This document shows positions 32,279-43,829 of a stretch of DNA of 64,000 nt, piece by piece. A program made the position numbers and the translations under genes. The DNA is from Cyanophora paradoxa CCMP329 (lineage: Eukaryota; Plantae; Glaucophyta): contig QPMI01000182.1 in assembly GCA_004431415.1 (NCBI GenBank), positions 92,235 through 156,234 on the forward strand. Reading direction: 5' to 3'. The notes beneath the pieces were generated by a model that saw nothing but the letters and a program-made list of their open reading frames with translations, was not told where the DNA came from and did no database searches. How positions within the stretch are numbered: the stretch's first letter is position 1; every line of letters begins with the position of its first letter.

Positions 32279-35200
32279 CGTCGCGTCCGCGCGACGTAGC
32301 CAGTCAAACCGTGACTCGGGTCGGCATAACCGCAAGAGAGCGTCCCCAACACCGCCAATGGGTGCGCCGCTCGAGGGCACCGACAGGCCCCAAGACGAGG
32401 AACCTGAGCCACAGCCCGGGGGCAGGAATGCAGACAGCTGCAGGCCAGGGAGAAGGCCAGGTAGATCCCGTCCAGGTCGATCCCGTCCAGGTCGTCCAGG
32501 TCGTGTGCAAGGCAAGGCAGGGTGAGGATGAGCATGCATATGCGTGCGTGCGTGCGATAAGCTCGGAAAGGGCAGAAAAGCATAAAAATCGCAGAAAGTG
32601 ATACTGGCCCGAAACTCGCTCCGTACGGCGAGCACCGCAGGAGAGGGGCACGGATGGGAAGTTTCACCGCCTCGGAAGAAAACAACGAGGAGGTATCCGG
32701 GCCACCCATCAGGCCCAACGAAAGAGCGGGGCACGATAGAGTGAGCCGCCGACTACACGCCTTTCTGGGGCCGTGCACCAACGAAGCCCCACTCTACCAC
32801 TCCTCTGAGCTCTAGGGCCCACGCTCCAGAAAAGGGAACGAAAGTCGTCAAGGAGCCAACACGCCACCGACCCACACTTGGCCCGACAAGACAGCGCAAG
32901 TGTGATCGGCCGACGTCTCCGAGAGAGGACAAGGCTGAGGCAAAGCTGGCAAAGAAATCTGCCCCCGCACCACATCTCACCACGATCACAGCGTCGCCCT
33001 CGGCATCCCTCCTGGGATCCTCGGCGCCGACAGTAGGGGCGAAGTATGGGTTTTGTTCAGGATGGTTGGTAGAGGTTCGCCCGTACCTCCGAGTACTCCA
33101 GTCCTCCGTCTTGACTCGCAATTGTTGACTTGAGCCTCCGATCTCGATCGCGATCCAAGGGCGGCCAGTTGTCGAGCGGCGACCGTACGCGTGGCCACGG
33201 GTGCACGCTCAGACGGCCGACCCTTGAGCCGCGCGGCGGTTAAGGGTAGCAACGTCAACGCTTCAACAATATCGATCCCGTGGCTTCACGCGCGCTAGCG
33301 TTAACGTTCCCATAGGGAATTGCGTAAGAAGCGCAGGGAGCGTAGGGAATGCATATATCTATGGCCTTGGACGAGATGGGGCGAGGACCCGAGACCGAGC
33401 CCTCGTTCTCGCGGTGTGCATGGCAGCGCTTGCGCTCGGCTGCTGGCGATGAAGCCAGACGACGATGCTCAAGATGGACGTGGCCATCGTCAAGACATGG
33501 CACGCGTGCTGGCCGCGAAACCCATCGGTCGTTCCTTAGGCCTGGTCTTCCTGTGATCTGGCTCTAGCCAGGCTCGTTGACGAGCTTGACGGACCATGAT
33601 CGCAGGAAGGGGTGCTGCAGCGATCCGTGAGACTGCATGTTCACGGTGCCGAGACCCTCGAGATATTGGGAGTCCTGTTTGCGCATAGCCGCATCGTTAC
33701 ACGGCATGCAGTCGGCCGCTGAGATCCGATTCCGTTCCTTAAAATGCCGCATCAGTGAGTAGTGAGAACGGTGCACTGGCCGTAGCTGGGCTCTCAAGCT
33801 CTGTCGAAACAGCACTTGCCAGTCCGTTCCGGACACGGTCACCGGCAGTGCGCGTGACAACAGGGCCTGAGGGCCGTCAGCCCCAGTAGCACCGCCACCG
33901 ATGGGTTTCTGAGGCGGAGGGTGGTCCGCCAAGGGCGAGACCCGGATCCCGGCAAGCCGCCGTGTGAGAAGGCCTCAGGGCGGTTGCAGTTTGGCTAGGT
34001 TCAGTCGACGTCGCTCAGCCTACGCTCAGCCTACGGACCGCAGCTCCAATCCGTAGCCGGCGCGACTGTGCATGCACACTCGAGTCTGACTCAGTGATCC
34101 CGACTCCTCTTCCGCTGAAGAGGGAAAGTCGGGGCGTGCCATGGTGGCAGGCACACGCCAATCGGGGAGGTGCTCTGGCGTCTGGCCAGGGGCAGCCTTC
34201 TGCTGGGGCGCCGGTGTACGTACTCCTCTTCCGCTGAAGAGCGGAAGCGGGTGTCTGTGCACGTACACGTACTCCTCTTCCGCTGAAGAGCGGAAGCCGT
34301 AGCACAGCGAACTGCTCTCGATACCACCCCCCTTCGGTGAAGCACCGTCCCGGTGCTCCACCTTCGAGGTTTCATTTGGATTTGCGAAAACTCTGGCCCT
34401 CTGGAGCCACGAGGGCCCGTGCGCGTGAATGGATCGGGGCGGCGTTATTCGCCGAAGAAATTCGCGAATGCAGCTCGAAAGTACGGTGCCATGGCGTGGC
34501 AATGCACAACCACGACCGTCTCTCTTTCCCGATCGCGAGCTGCAGCTGCTTTCTAGCTTTTAAGCTCTTCGCGATCCAAGCTCACGTGACCCGCGGATAC
34601 GGGGTCTTCGGTTTGAATTGGGCCCAGGGTGTGGCCGATCGCGATTGCGGAGGCCGGTTACGTATATGTATATGTATACGTACTACGGTAAACGCCAGGC
34701 GCATCGAAGGGCTCGTCGTTTCGCCAAGTTGCGATTAAATCGAGTGCCGCTCTGTCGGGCTCAAACACGTCGAGCGTCGAGCTCGAGGGGATCGAGGCTT
34801 GAGTGCACGCACGTCAGTCAAGCTTTCAGAACACGGCGCCGGCTTTGCATAGCATAGCGCTTGCAATCGGCTGCATGTGCCAGTGTGCCTGCGGCTTGTG
34901 GCGTTGGTCATGACCCGTGCCAGAGACAGCGCTTCCACGTTTCGCGGCTGCGGGCCAGGCGTTGCGGGCTAAACCTTCAGGGGCGCGCCACTGCCGGGAA
35001 TAAGATCCTGGGTCGCCGCCGTCGGGTGCGAAATCGATAACTGTATCGAGTTCGGTCCCACGCTTATTTGTGTGCGCAAATGGCTGAGCTGCGGGGCAGA
35101 ATTTAAGGTCCGCCGCGCCACTGCCGGGAATAAGATCCCGGGCCGGCCGCAGGAGCGAAATCGCTCAGTAGCGTATCGAACTCAAGGATCACGTGCACCG

Positions 35201-38200
35201 AGACGGGTCCCGGGCCTGTCCGCGCGACACTGTGACGGGGCATGCACAGGCGCCGCGTCTGCGCCACGGCGCGAAACTGCGTGCGCCGAGGCACCGGGCA
35301 GAATGCGAGCTTCACCGCCACCCGAGCACGAAATTTACGGTCGAGCTTGTAGCCTATACTGTGTAGGCTATAGCTACACCTCGTTTCCATGCCGCGGCGT
35401 TGTAGTGTGATCGCGAGATTGGATCGCAGGATCGCCGTAGCGCGATCGCGAGATTGGGCCGCAGCCACGTACGCGTGCACTTCGCGTCAGAGCCACACTT
35501 CGCTGAAGGCACACGTGGTGCATTGCCGAACTTGGGGGCCGTGCAGGGCTGCTGGCCATGGCCCCGAGGGCAGGCTGGACATGGTCGCGAAATCGCCACG
35601 CTCAAGCTCTGCGAAATTCGCCGCGCTCTGCTTGCAGGCAATGCGAGGCGAATCGCGGCTCGACACGGTCGAGGTCCGTCGGTCGCTGGGCCTGCGGCCG
35701 CGCCGGCGTGCACGCGTGCTTTCGAGTTCAACGATTCGAATTCGAATTCGAATTCGAATTCGAATTTCGGAATCCTTTGAACGCAGTCGGCCGGCCGCGG
35801 GCCTAGGCCGGAGCAGGCTTGAGTTTTGACCCGCGATCGCTCGGTATGAGTAGCGAGTTTCCGAGCCTCGCTGCGAAAACCACGTGCGTTCAATTTTCGC
35901 GCACGTACGCGTGGACCATGATCGGTGTGATGGCATGCGCGTGCCGCAGTGCCACGGCACGTGAACGCCAGCTCAAGGCGGGTTGGACCCCATGCTGGCT
36001 GCTTCATAATCATGATCATGGCATGCGCCGGTCTACCGCCTCGCCACAGTGCGATCGCGTTTCGCGGGCCGCTGGGCAGGCTGCCAGGGCCATGTCGTGG
36101 TGCGAAAATCTAACTTTCGGCACTGCGGCAAGGCTAGCGCCACAGCTGGCGCTAGTGCAGCGAGGCCGGGCGCTGGGAGCCGCTGAGTTTGCCGCGGCCG
36201 GGCGAGCCGGTGCTCAGGGTTCCAATCGGAACGGCAGCACTGCTCTTGCAATGGACGGGCTATAGCTATAGCGCTGCCAGCGCCGCTCAGCCACCCTCGC
36301 CGCAGCGTTGCAGTGCGCCGCGGCGCGCGGCTCGGCGCGGATGCGTATGCCTGTCTCGGTGCTTTCGAATTCGACGGGTATCCAAGTGCCATGCGCGGTT
36401 CTGCACCTGTCCGACGGTCGTCCCGAATTCGAACCCCGGTCCGGTGGCTTCGAATTCGCCAGTCACCGTCCCGCGAATTGTGTGGCTACAGCTGACGGGC
36501 CGGGCCGTCGATGCATCGATCGAGGCTTGTCCGACGGTCCGTGCCACAGCTGGCCAGGGTCCGGGCTCGAGGCTCAGGGCTGCGGCGCAGCCTCGGAGGG
36601 GACTGCAGGCACGGGCATCGAAGTCCCGTTGCTCCGCAGTGTCATCATCTGATATTGATGAAGCGGGCCGGGGCGAGGCTCGAGCTCGCGCTGCGGCCCG
36701 ACGTTTTCGCGGTGCTCATGACCAAGGCCCGAACTCACGGCCGCGCTGCGTGCGCCTTCCGGCCCGCGGGGCCAGATGCTCAATCAGTGAGAGCGGTACT
36801 AGTGTCTCGGCGGGCTCAGCGAGCTCGCGGCCGGGGCGGTTTTCGCCGCTTTTAGCCCGTAGCTTCGCCAACCTAGAGCGCCAGCCTCGAGTTCGGGCAC
36901 GGCCCGGCGGCGAAGCTGAAGTTGCTGAACTCGAGCTTAGGCTTTGAGAGACAAGCTCAGAGCAGAACTCGCCGAGTCGGCATCGGCCGTGACCAGATCT
37001 AGGGCCTTAAAGCTCGACGGTCTCATCGCGATCGTCTGCCCGGCCGCGGGCCGGCGACGGGTTTTCGCGAGGCCGAGGCTCGCCGCGAATTCGCTGAGCT
37101 CCGGCGACTCGGCGAGACGCCAGCTCAGCGGCTGACAGGCGAGCTATGACCGCCGAGCCGGCGCCCAGGCCCAGGCCTAGGCCGCCTCGGGGCTCGCGGG
37201 GCCCGGCCCGGGGCCGTACGCCCAGGACGCCCATATGCTTCAGGTGAAGGCGTGCGCAATCAGACATCGATTATCGCCGAGTCGGCTCGGACTCTCGGCT
37301 GCAGGCTCTCGGATATCGATTCGCCATATCGCCGAGCCGATTGTCTTGGATGCACGCAAAAATTGGACGCGGATCCGCTACGTATACGCCCTTAACAGCT
37401 TGCTGGCGCTGGCCGAGGCCTTCGGGCAGCCTTCGGGCAAGCCTTCAGGCTGGCCGAGGCCTTCGGGCATCCGCTACGCCTTTGTCATCGGCAAGCCTTC
37501 GGGCAGCCTAGGCCTGGCACCACCGTGGCACGGAGGCGCCAGCTCGAGAGAGCCTCGGGGCCGCAGTTGCAATCGCATTTGAGGCGCCGCGGCGAGCGGT
37601 TTCATCTGCTTGCCGCAGTGCGCAGCCTCTCGCATCCGGCGTCCGCTGGGCCACTATAGCTAGCAGCGCCCGCGGCCAAACACCGATCGGATCCGAGCTC
37701 GGAATTTCGAGGCTAGGTGGCGCTCATGATCAGGCCTGCAGCTGGGACTGGGGCCACCAGCTGCAGGCTGGGCCGCAAGGCCTATGATCATGATCAGCTG
37801 GCCCGTACGCGTGGCCAGTGCACGTGGGGCCGCGGATTCACTGGGTCCCGCGGGCCGGCCCGGAGCGCCGGGCCTCATGATTGAGACCGTGCGCGTGACC
37901 GTGGCTAACGAGTGCCGAGGTGCCGCAGTGCTAGGCGTCGGCGGGCTGAATCAGGGCCACGGTTTGAGTTCGAAACGGCACTCGCGTGGCCGCGTGATCG
38001 CGACTTTCGGCGCCCGCCGGCCACGGGTTGGGAGTCTTGGGACCTAGTTTCGCGCTCGGTCGCGAAAATATGCCGCTAGCGCTGGGGCGGCGGGCGCAGG
38101 CTTAAGAGGACGGCTGCAGCGGGGTTGCGTTCGAGGAGGCTCAGGGCGCCGGCGCCGGCGGTTACGTCCGGCGGTCGGCTTGTGCAGCCTCGCGCGTCCC

Positions 38201-40739
38201 GAGTCCGGCGGCCACTCAGCGGCCAGGTCGCCAGCACCGCCGTGGTGCTCGCAGCCAAGCGCGCGCCTATTCGGCGAGGGTGATGCGCCCGGCGGCCGGG
38301 CCTCGAGCTCGCCGATCGATATTGCGAGTCGATCGTGGCCGCGGCTGCGCACGCGATCGCGAGGTTCCGGCGCTGTACATGCGCCCGGGCTCGCAGGGCA
38401 TTCGCTAGATCTCCGAGGCTCATGACCAGCCGCTGAGCCCCAGGCCGCGCTACTGGGCCAGGGCCGCGGGTTGCAGGAGCTCAAGCGGCAGCTTGGGGGG
38501 CCGAGGAGGCTTTTCGCTTCGAATTAGCTGCCACGGGCCGGGTGCCACGGCGCGGGGTAGTCAGCGCTAGCTGCAGTTGCGATCTGAGTCCGTGCCCAGC
38601 TGCCGCAGTCACTGAGTGCAGCTGCAGCTGCAGCCGAGTTCGGTTTGCGAATGCAAAGCGATTTGCAGCCCGCGAAGCGCGTGGCCGCTGGGTTGTGGGG
38701 CCCTGGCCAGGAATCGAAGCCGCAGGGGACAGGCTTGGCGCGCGAGGCGCCGCCAGCGGCTGGGCCTTAAGCTTGTAGGGATCCGTGCTTGGACCCGTGC
38801 TTGCTGGGCGTTGCAATTGGATCCGTGCTTGCAACGCCGATCGGCAGCTGCAGCTGTGCACGCAGCGGCAGGCGACGCCAGCACGGCGCCGTCGGAGTCA
38901 TTCGAATTTCGCATGCTTCACCGCAAGAAAACTCGTAGGGGTCGAAGGCAAGGGGCCTCCGCGGCCGAGCTCGAGGCTCGTGCGGGGTGAATTTCCCGGT
39001 TTCGCGGGCCGGATCATCGGATCCCCGAAGGGCCCTGCTGCGAAAACGGTATACCATGATAGCCCGGCGGATAAGCAGTACGCTGGCAGCTCGCGCTACG
39101 GCGGCACTGCGAAAAGCGATTTGAAGTGCACCGTACGCGTGGCACGCCGAGGGCGAGCCATGGGCCTCGCTATAGACCCTGGCGGCGGCTGCTGCCCAGC
39201 CGTGGGTACAATTCGACGGCCGTGCGGGGCACTGGCGTAATGATCGGCCCGGCGGCACTTGGCGGCATGCACGCCCAACTTGGCGATCATCGGATCGCGA
39301 GCCACGGAGCCCAAGTTCAAGGCTATGAGTGCGAGAGGGGCGTCTTGTGTGCGACCTCTAGATCTAGATCCGATGATCTGAGACTCGAGATCCGGGCCGG
39401 TCACAGGCTCAGCTGTAACGCGGCTTGCAGCCTCAAGGCTTCATGGCCTATAGCTAGGCTTGGTGGCTGAACCTGGGCCGCAGCGGCGACTCTCCCAGCG
39501 AGCTCGAGCTTGAGCCGGCCGGCTTCCCCGCGGCCGGCGCTGACGCTCGTGGCCAGAAGCTTGAGCGAGCCCGGGCTGGTGTTTGAGCCCACGAGAAAGC
39601 AGCGGCAGCCTGCAGGCAGGTACCCGGTGATGTCCCGGAGCGAGAACCGGAGCTTCTGAAAAGCCTTTGAAGCTCAGCGGCTCGTGCGAACAGCAAGCTC
39701 AGATGGGCTTCATGATCAGGCTAGGGTCCGCTCTCCGAGGGCCCAGGCCCTGAGGGCTCGGGGACTGAGCTGTGCCTACAGTAGCATGTGCAGTGTAATT
39801 AAGGCTAGCGCTGGAGCCGGGGTCGCCCCGTAGCTAGAGCCTTGAATTCGAAGGCACGTCGCTGGGCCGCGCGCGCAGCCGGGCCACGAGCTCGAGCTCG
39901 CAATCGAGCCTTTGATTTTGCGGCTTGCCCTGTTTGCCCTCACGGCGTCCACTCCCCCTTCTTGCTAGCACCGTCCGCGGTGCTTGCAATAGAATCTTGG
40001 AGAGAATTCAAGGCGGTGATGCCACTTTTAGCGCGCAGCCTGGCAGCGTGAGGCCTAGGGCCGGCTGCCGCGGCTCATGATCAGCAGCTGGTGGTCGCGG
40101 CCGGGCCGCGGGATTCACGCCTAGTAGGCCTTGGGCTGGAGCCGGAGCTAGCGCTCGAGCTTGCAATTGGGCCTCGATCGATCGCGAGCTCTGTCGACGT
40201 CTCCAGGCTTTTGTTTTGCAGCCTTGCCATGCATATGGCAGTACTGGTTGTACATGTGTTCCTGAGCAGCTAGCCGTGGAGCCTGCCAGGCTGCAGCGGC
40301 ATGCACGCAGCTCATGATCAGCGGCTGGCATGCATATGCTCCGGATCTGGATCAGAGCTAGGCTCATGCATATGATCAGTGATCAGGGCCGAACTGATCA
40401 TGAGTCACCGGTGTACCAGGCGCCGGATAGCTCAGAAATTGCAATTGCAATTGGGCGAGGCCTGCATGCGCAGCTGATCATCTCGCGCGGCGCGGTCACC
40501 GGGTCACGAGCGCTGCGCGCTGGTCGGCGTGAATTCGAAAAAGCCTCGAGCTCGGAGCTCGAGCTCGTGATCTCAGTGTTCTGGCCAAGAGTCTGCACTA
40601 GCTATAGAGTACAGAGGACATTCTTCACACAAAATTCCGGGGGACATTCTTCACACGAAAAGCTCGCAGCGTAAAGCCAAGCTTATCGCGCAGAATGTCC
40701 ACGCTCGGATTCCAGCGTCCTCGCCGTCCACGGTCGAGC

Positions 40740-40990
40740 ACACCCTTTCAAGAAGACAGGCTCACTACGCAGTAGTAGAGCGCTGCTTCGGGTGGCTAGC
40801 GATGCAGCGGTGACTCGAGCAGTCTGCCTCGGTCCCGGTTCGCTTTCTCTCATCTCCATCGTCGGCTGATCAAGCACGCCCTTTCAAGAAGACAGGCTCA
40901 CTACGCAGTAGTAGAGCGCTGCTTCGGGCGGCTAGCGATGCAGCGGTGACTCGAGCAGTCTGCCTCGGTCCCGGTTCGCTTTCTCTCCGG
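40740..40990. repeat. Tandem duplication, ~135-bp period, in the LTR element leader
   Basis: CCCTTTCAAGAAGACAGGCTCACTACGCAGTAG...GGTTCGCTTTCTCT occurs twice. Confidence 0.85.
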
Positions 40991-41259
40991 CCGTCGCTCG
41001 GTGCCGCAGGCAGCCGAGGTGAGCAAGCTCACATCGCACGAAACCGGAGCAATCTGCCCCCGGATCGTGTTTGCGCTTTATTTGCGAGAGCAGCACGCCC
41101 CAGTCGTAACCGCGCTGAGCCAGAACCTCAGCCCGCGGCCGTGGGCGCCAGGCTAAGCCACGCGGCTGCCCCACGTCTCCTCCGCTGAAAGATCTGCGTG
41201 CGAGCGGCTCGCCGGGCTCTATAGGTGGCCGGCGGCCGCCCGCGCTTAGTGCCGCGCGG

Positions 41260-41548
41260 CGCGAGCGAGGTCCGCGGCCGACCCCAGCAGATCAAATCTG
41301 CCGACCCCAGCAGATCAAATCTCACGGGCGAGGCGCGGCGCGCACCCCGGGAGGCCGAGCGCGTGCGCAGCGACAGCACGGGCCATGATGAACTCGGGCG
41401 CGGAGCGAGCGAGGTCCGCGGCCGACCCAGCAGATCAAATCTGCCGACCCCAGCAGATCAAATCTCACGGGCGAGGCGCGGCGCGCACCCCGGGAGGCCG
41501 TGCGCGTGCGCAGCGACAGCACAGGCCATGATGAACTCGGGCGCGGAG
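41260..41548. repeat. Tandem duplication, ~143-bp period, with nested CCGACCCCAGCAGATCAAATCT repeats
   Basis: Seen directly. Confidence 0.85.
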
Positions 41549-42058
41549 CGCCGGGCTCGGGTGCAAGGCTCGCGAGGGCCAGCACGGCCGATCGACCAGG
41601 CTCGATGTACGCCTCGGTCTTGGGCGAGGCTCGCGGGTCGCCGGTCATCGTACAGGTCTTCTTTCGTCTGCGCGAGGCCGTGCGCGCGGCGCGGCGCCGC
41701 AGGGGGCGCGTACTAGCATGGGCATCGAGGTTGTCCCTCCGAGATCCGGACAAGATCTGCGACGTCCGTCGGCGAGGGCGACGGGAGGGCGCGTCCGACC
41801 GCATTTAGCAGTTCTCAAGAGCTAGTTCTACGTTTTCGGTGAGCTGACGGAGAGCCTGCCGGCTCGCTGTGGCTGATCGCTGTGTGCGTCCCGATCGCAT
41901 GCCGATCCGGGCTCGCCGGTGCGCGGGGGTCGCCGATCGACGCTGAAATGATGTTCTAGAGCTACTGTCGATGCGCCCGCATCGCTGCTGGTCGCCGATC
42001 GTGCCGGGCTGATGTTGACGATGAACTGCCCACGGGTTGCTCCGTAGGCAGTGGCGCC

Positions 42059-42341
42059 TGTCGGATAGGAGGATTCCCACCCGATTGGGCGCCCGCGCGG
42101 TCCAGCGCGGGGCCGGCTCCCTGTGCTGGAGCAGCTGTAGATGCAGGCTGGTGTATTCTCTGTGTACCCGGAAGACTACTGACACTGTACCCCTAGGATA
42201 GGTAGAGGCAGGCCAGCGTAGGCTACCGCGAGGTAAACCTACAGGAAGAGAGACTATGCTAAGGCACCGTAGACTGCGTCAGGCACCAACTAGCTCTAGT
42301 CACTAAGTCACCGCAAGGCCAGGGAATCGAGCCATGCGACA
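42059..42341 (-). repeat. 5' LTR, 283 bp
   Basis: Identical to 31980-32262. Confidence 0.95.
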
Positions 42342-43084
42342 CTGCTGTAAAATTCGATATATATGCGCATGCGGATTTTCCTTTCGAATTCTCTCATATA
42401 TATGCATATATATATATATATACGCATTTCGAATTCTCTCAATTTCGGGGTTCTACAGAGAATGAATATTGAGAGGAGAGCCTGAAATTAAAGAGACGGC
42501 CAGGGTTGTTGCGGTCAGGCGCTAAAAAGGATCGAATTCGACTGCAGCCCCGGTTCCCGGGGTCCGGCGCGTGCCAGAAGCATGCAAAACGCTTAATTTA
42601 CATCCAACATGCATACTGTATCGATGCGCGCGCGCGCCGCCGCGTGCGCGCACGGAAAGGTCGATGGGAGAGTGCACAATCGCATTTTTCTGGAGTTCAC
42701 CGTCTCGCGCTGCGCCGGCGCTCAAAGCCGGATTTCGGGGCGGCGCAGGCTTTGTTTAGTCTATGCGCATCTCAGAGTCTGTGTGTATTGCTCTCGCGTG
42801 CCACGGTGTTGGGGGACAGGAATCGACTGGCCTATGCCTGTGGATCAAATTTTCGAATGACTCCGCCGCGGATCGACTCCAAATTTTCGGGGTGACGGCG
42901 AGCTTGAATTCGACCTTTCCAGCGCTAGAGTAACGTTTTCGAGCATGCGCTGCATCGCTCGCAGTGCTCGCTGCGGCGCCGGGTTGCGTCGCGGGGCGGC
43001 TTGAAATTTTCCAGGGTCCCACCTTCGTTGCCAGTCGAGGGTGGAGGCGGTTCAAATACCCGCCTGAGAACTTCCGATTGCGGT

Positions 43085-43146
43085 GGCAATTTTAGCCTAG
43101 CGGTTAGTGTTCTCGGTTCCTGAGCCGAAGACCCGGGTTCGACTTA
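43085..43146 (+). pseudogene. tRNA-derived sequence (Pol III A/B boxes; SINE-head-like)
   Basis: A box TAGCCTAGCGG at 43093, anticodon-like arm TCGGT-TCCTGA-GCCGA, B box GGTTCGACT at 43136. The 3' T-stem and acceptor stem do not pair. Confidence 0.6.
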
Positions 43147-43504
43147 GGGGAGGAGGATTCCTTCCTGAGGGCACGCGCGCGACACGGACAGGGCGCCGTG
43201 CGGGCACCGCGGCCGATAGGCCTAGGACTGAATGTGTCATCCTCGTGGTGGATCGCGAGAGGGGAACAGTTAGGGCTCGAGGGCTTAACTCGTGCGATTG
43301 CGTCGAGGCACCAATAGGACCGAACGTGCGCTAGTCATCGAGGTGGGGGAGGTATATATATATATATGATTTCTTGGAAATAGGCCATGGATGTGACACA
43401 GGTGGAAGCTTGAGTGGTGGATGGGAATTTGAGAGAAATGGGTGTCGCGATTTCGAATCCCGGCGGGAACCGTTTTCCTGAGACCGAAAATTTATGGGGG
43501 GGGC

Positions 43505-43646
<142 letters not shown>

Positions 43647-43829
43647 TCGCACGTACTCGTGATCATATGATCAGTTTGAGTGCATGTTCCAGGTCTGCAT
43701 GCAGCTGGCGCCGGCTGCGCGATCGCGAGCGCACTGGAATTTGACGCTAGCGCTATAGCTATCATAGTGTACGTACAGCTATGGGCCGATGGCCGATGCG
43801 AAGGAAGCTATTGGAAAAGAGACGAATTA

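Larger units (their letters stand above)
31980..42341 (-). mobile_element. Complete non-autonomous LTR retroelement (LARD-like), 10.36 kb
   Basis: Two 283-bp LTRs with no difference found by eye; TG...CA ends; 5-bp TSD CTGCT (31975-79, 42342-46); minus-strand PPT GGAAGAGGAG abutting the left LTR; GGCGCCA PBS-like motif abutting the right LTR; no gag or pol motifs inside. Confidence 0.92.

Noticed and set aside
32263-42058. Protein-coding genes inside the LTR element
   Set aside because: ORFs are short, R/A/G/P/S-rich and motif-free; decayed coding remnants at 32.3-34 kb cannot be excluded.
43085-43160. Functional tRNA-Arg(CCT) gene
   Set aside because: 6-nt anticodon loop and unpaired T and acceptor stems.
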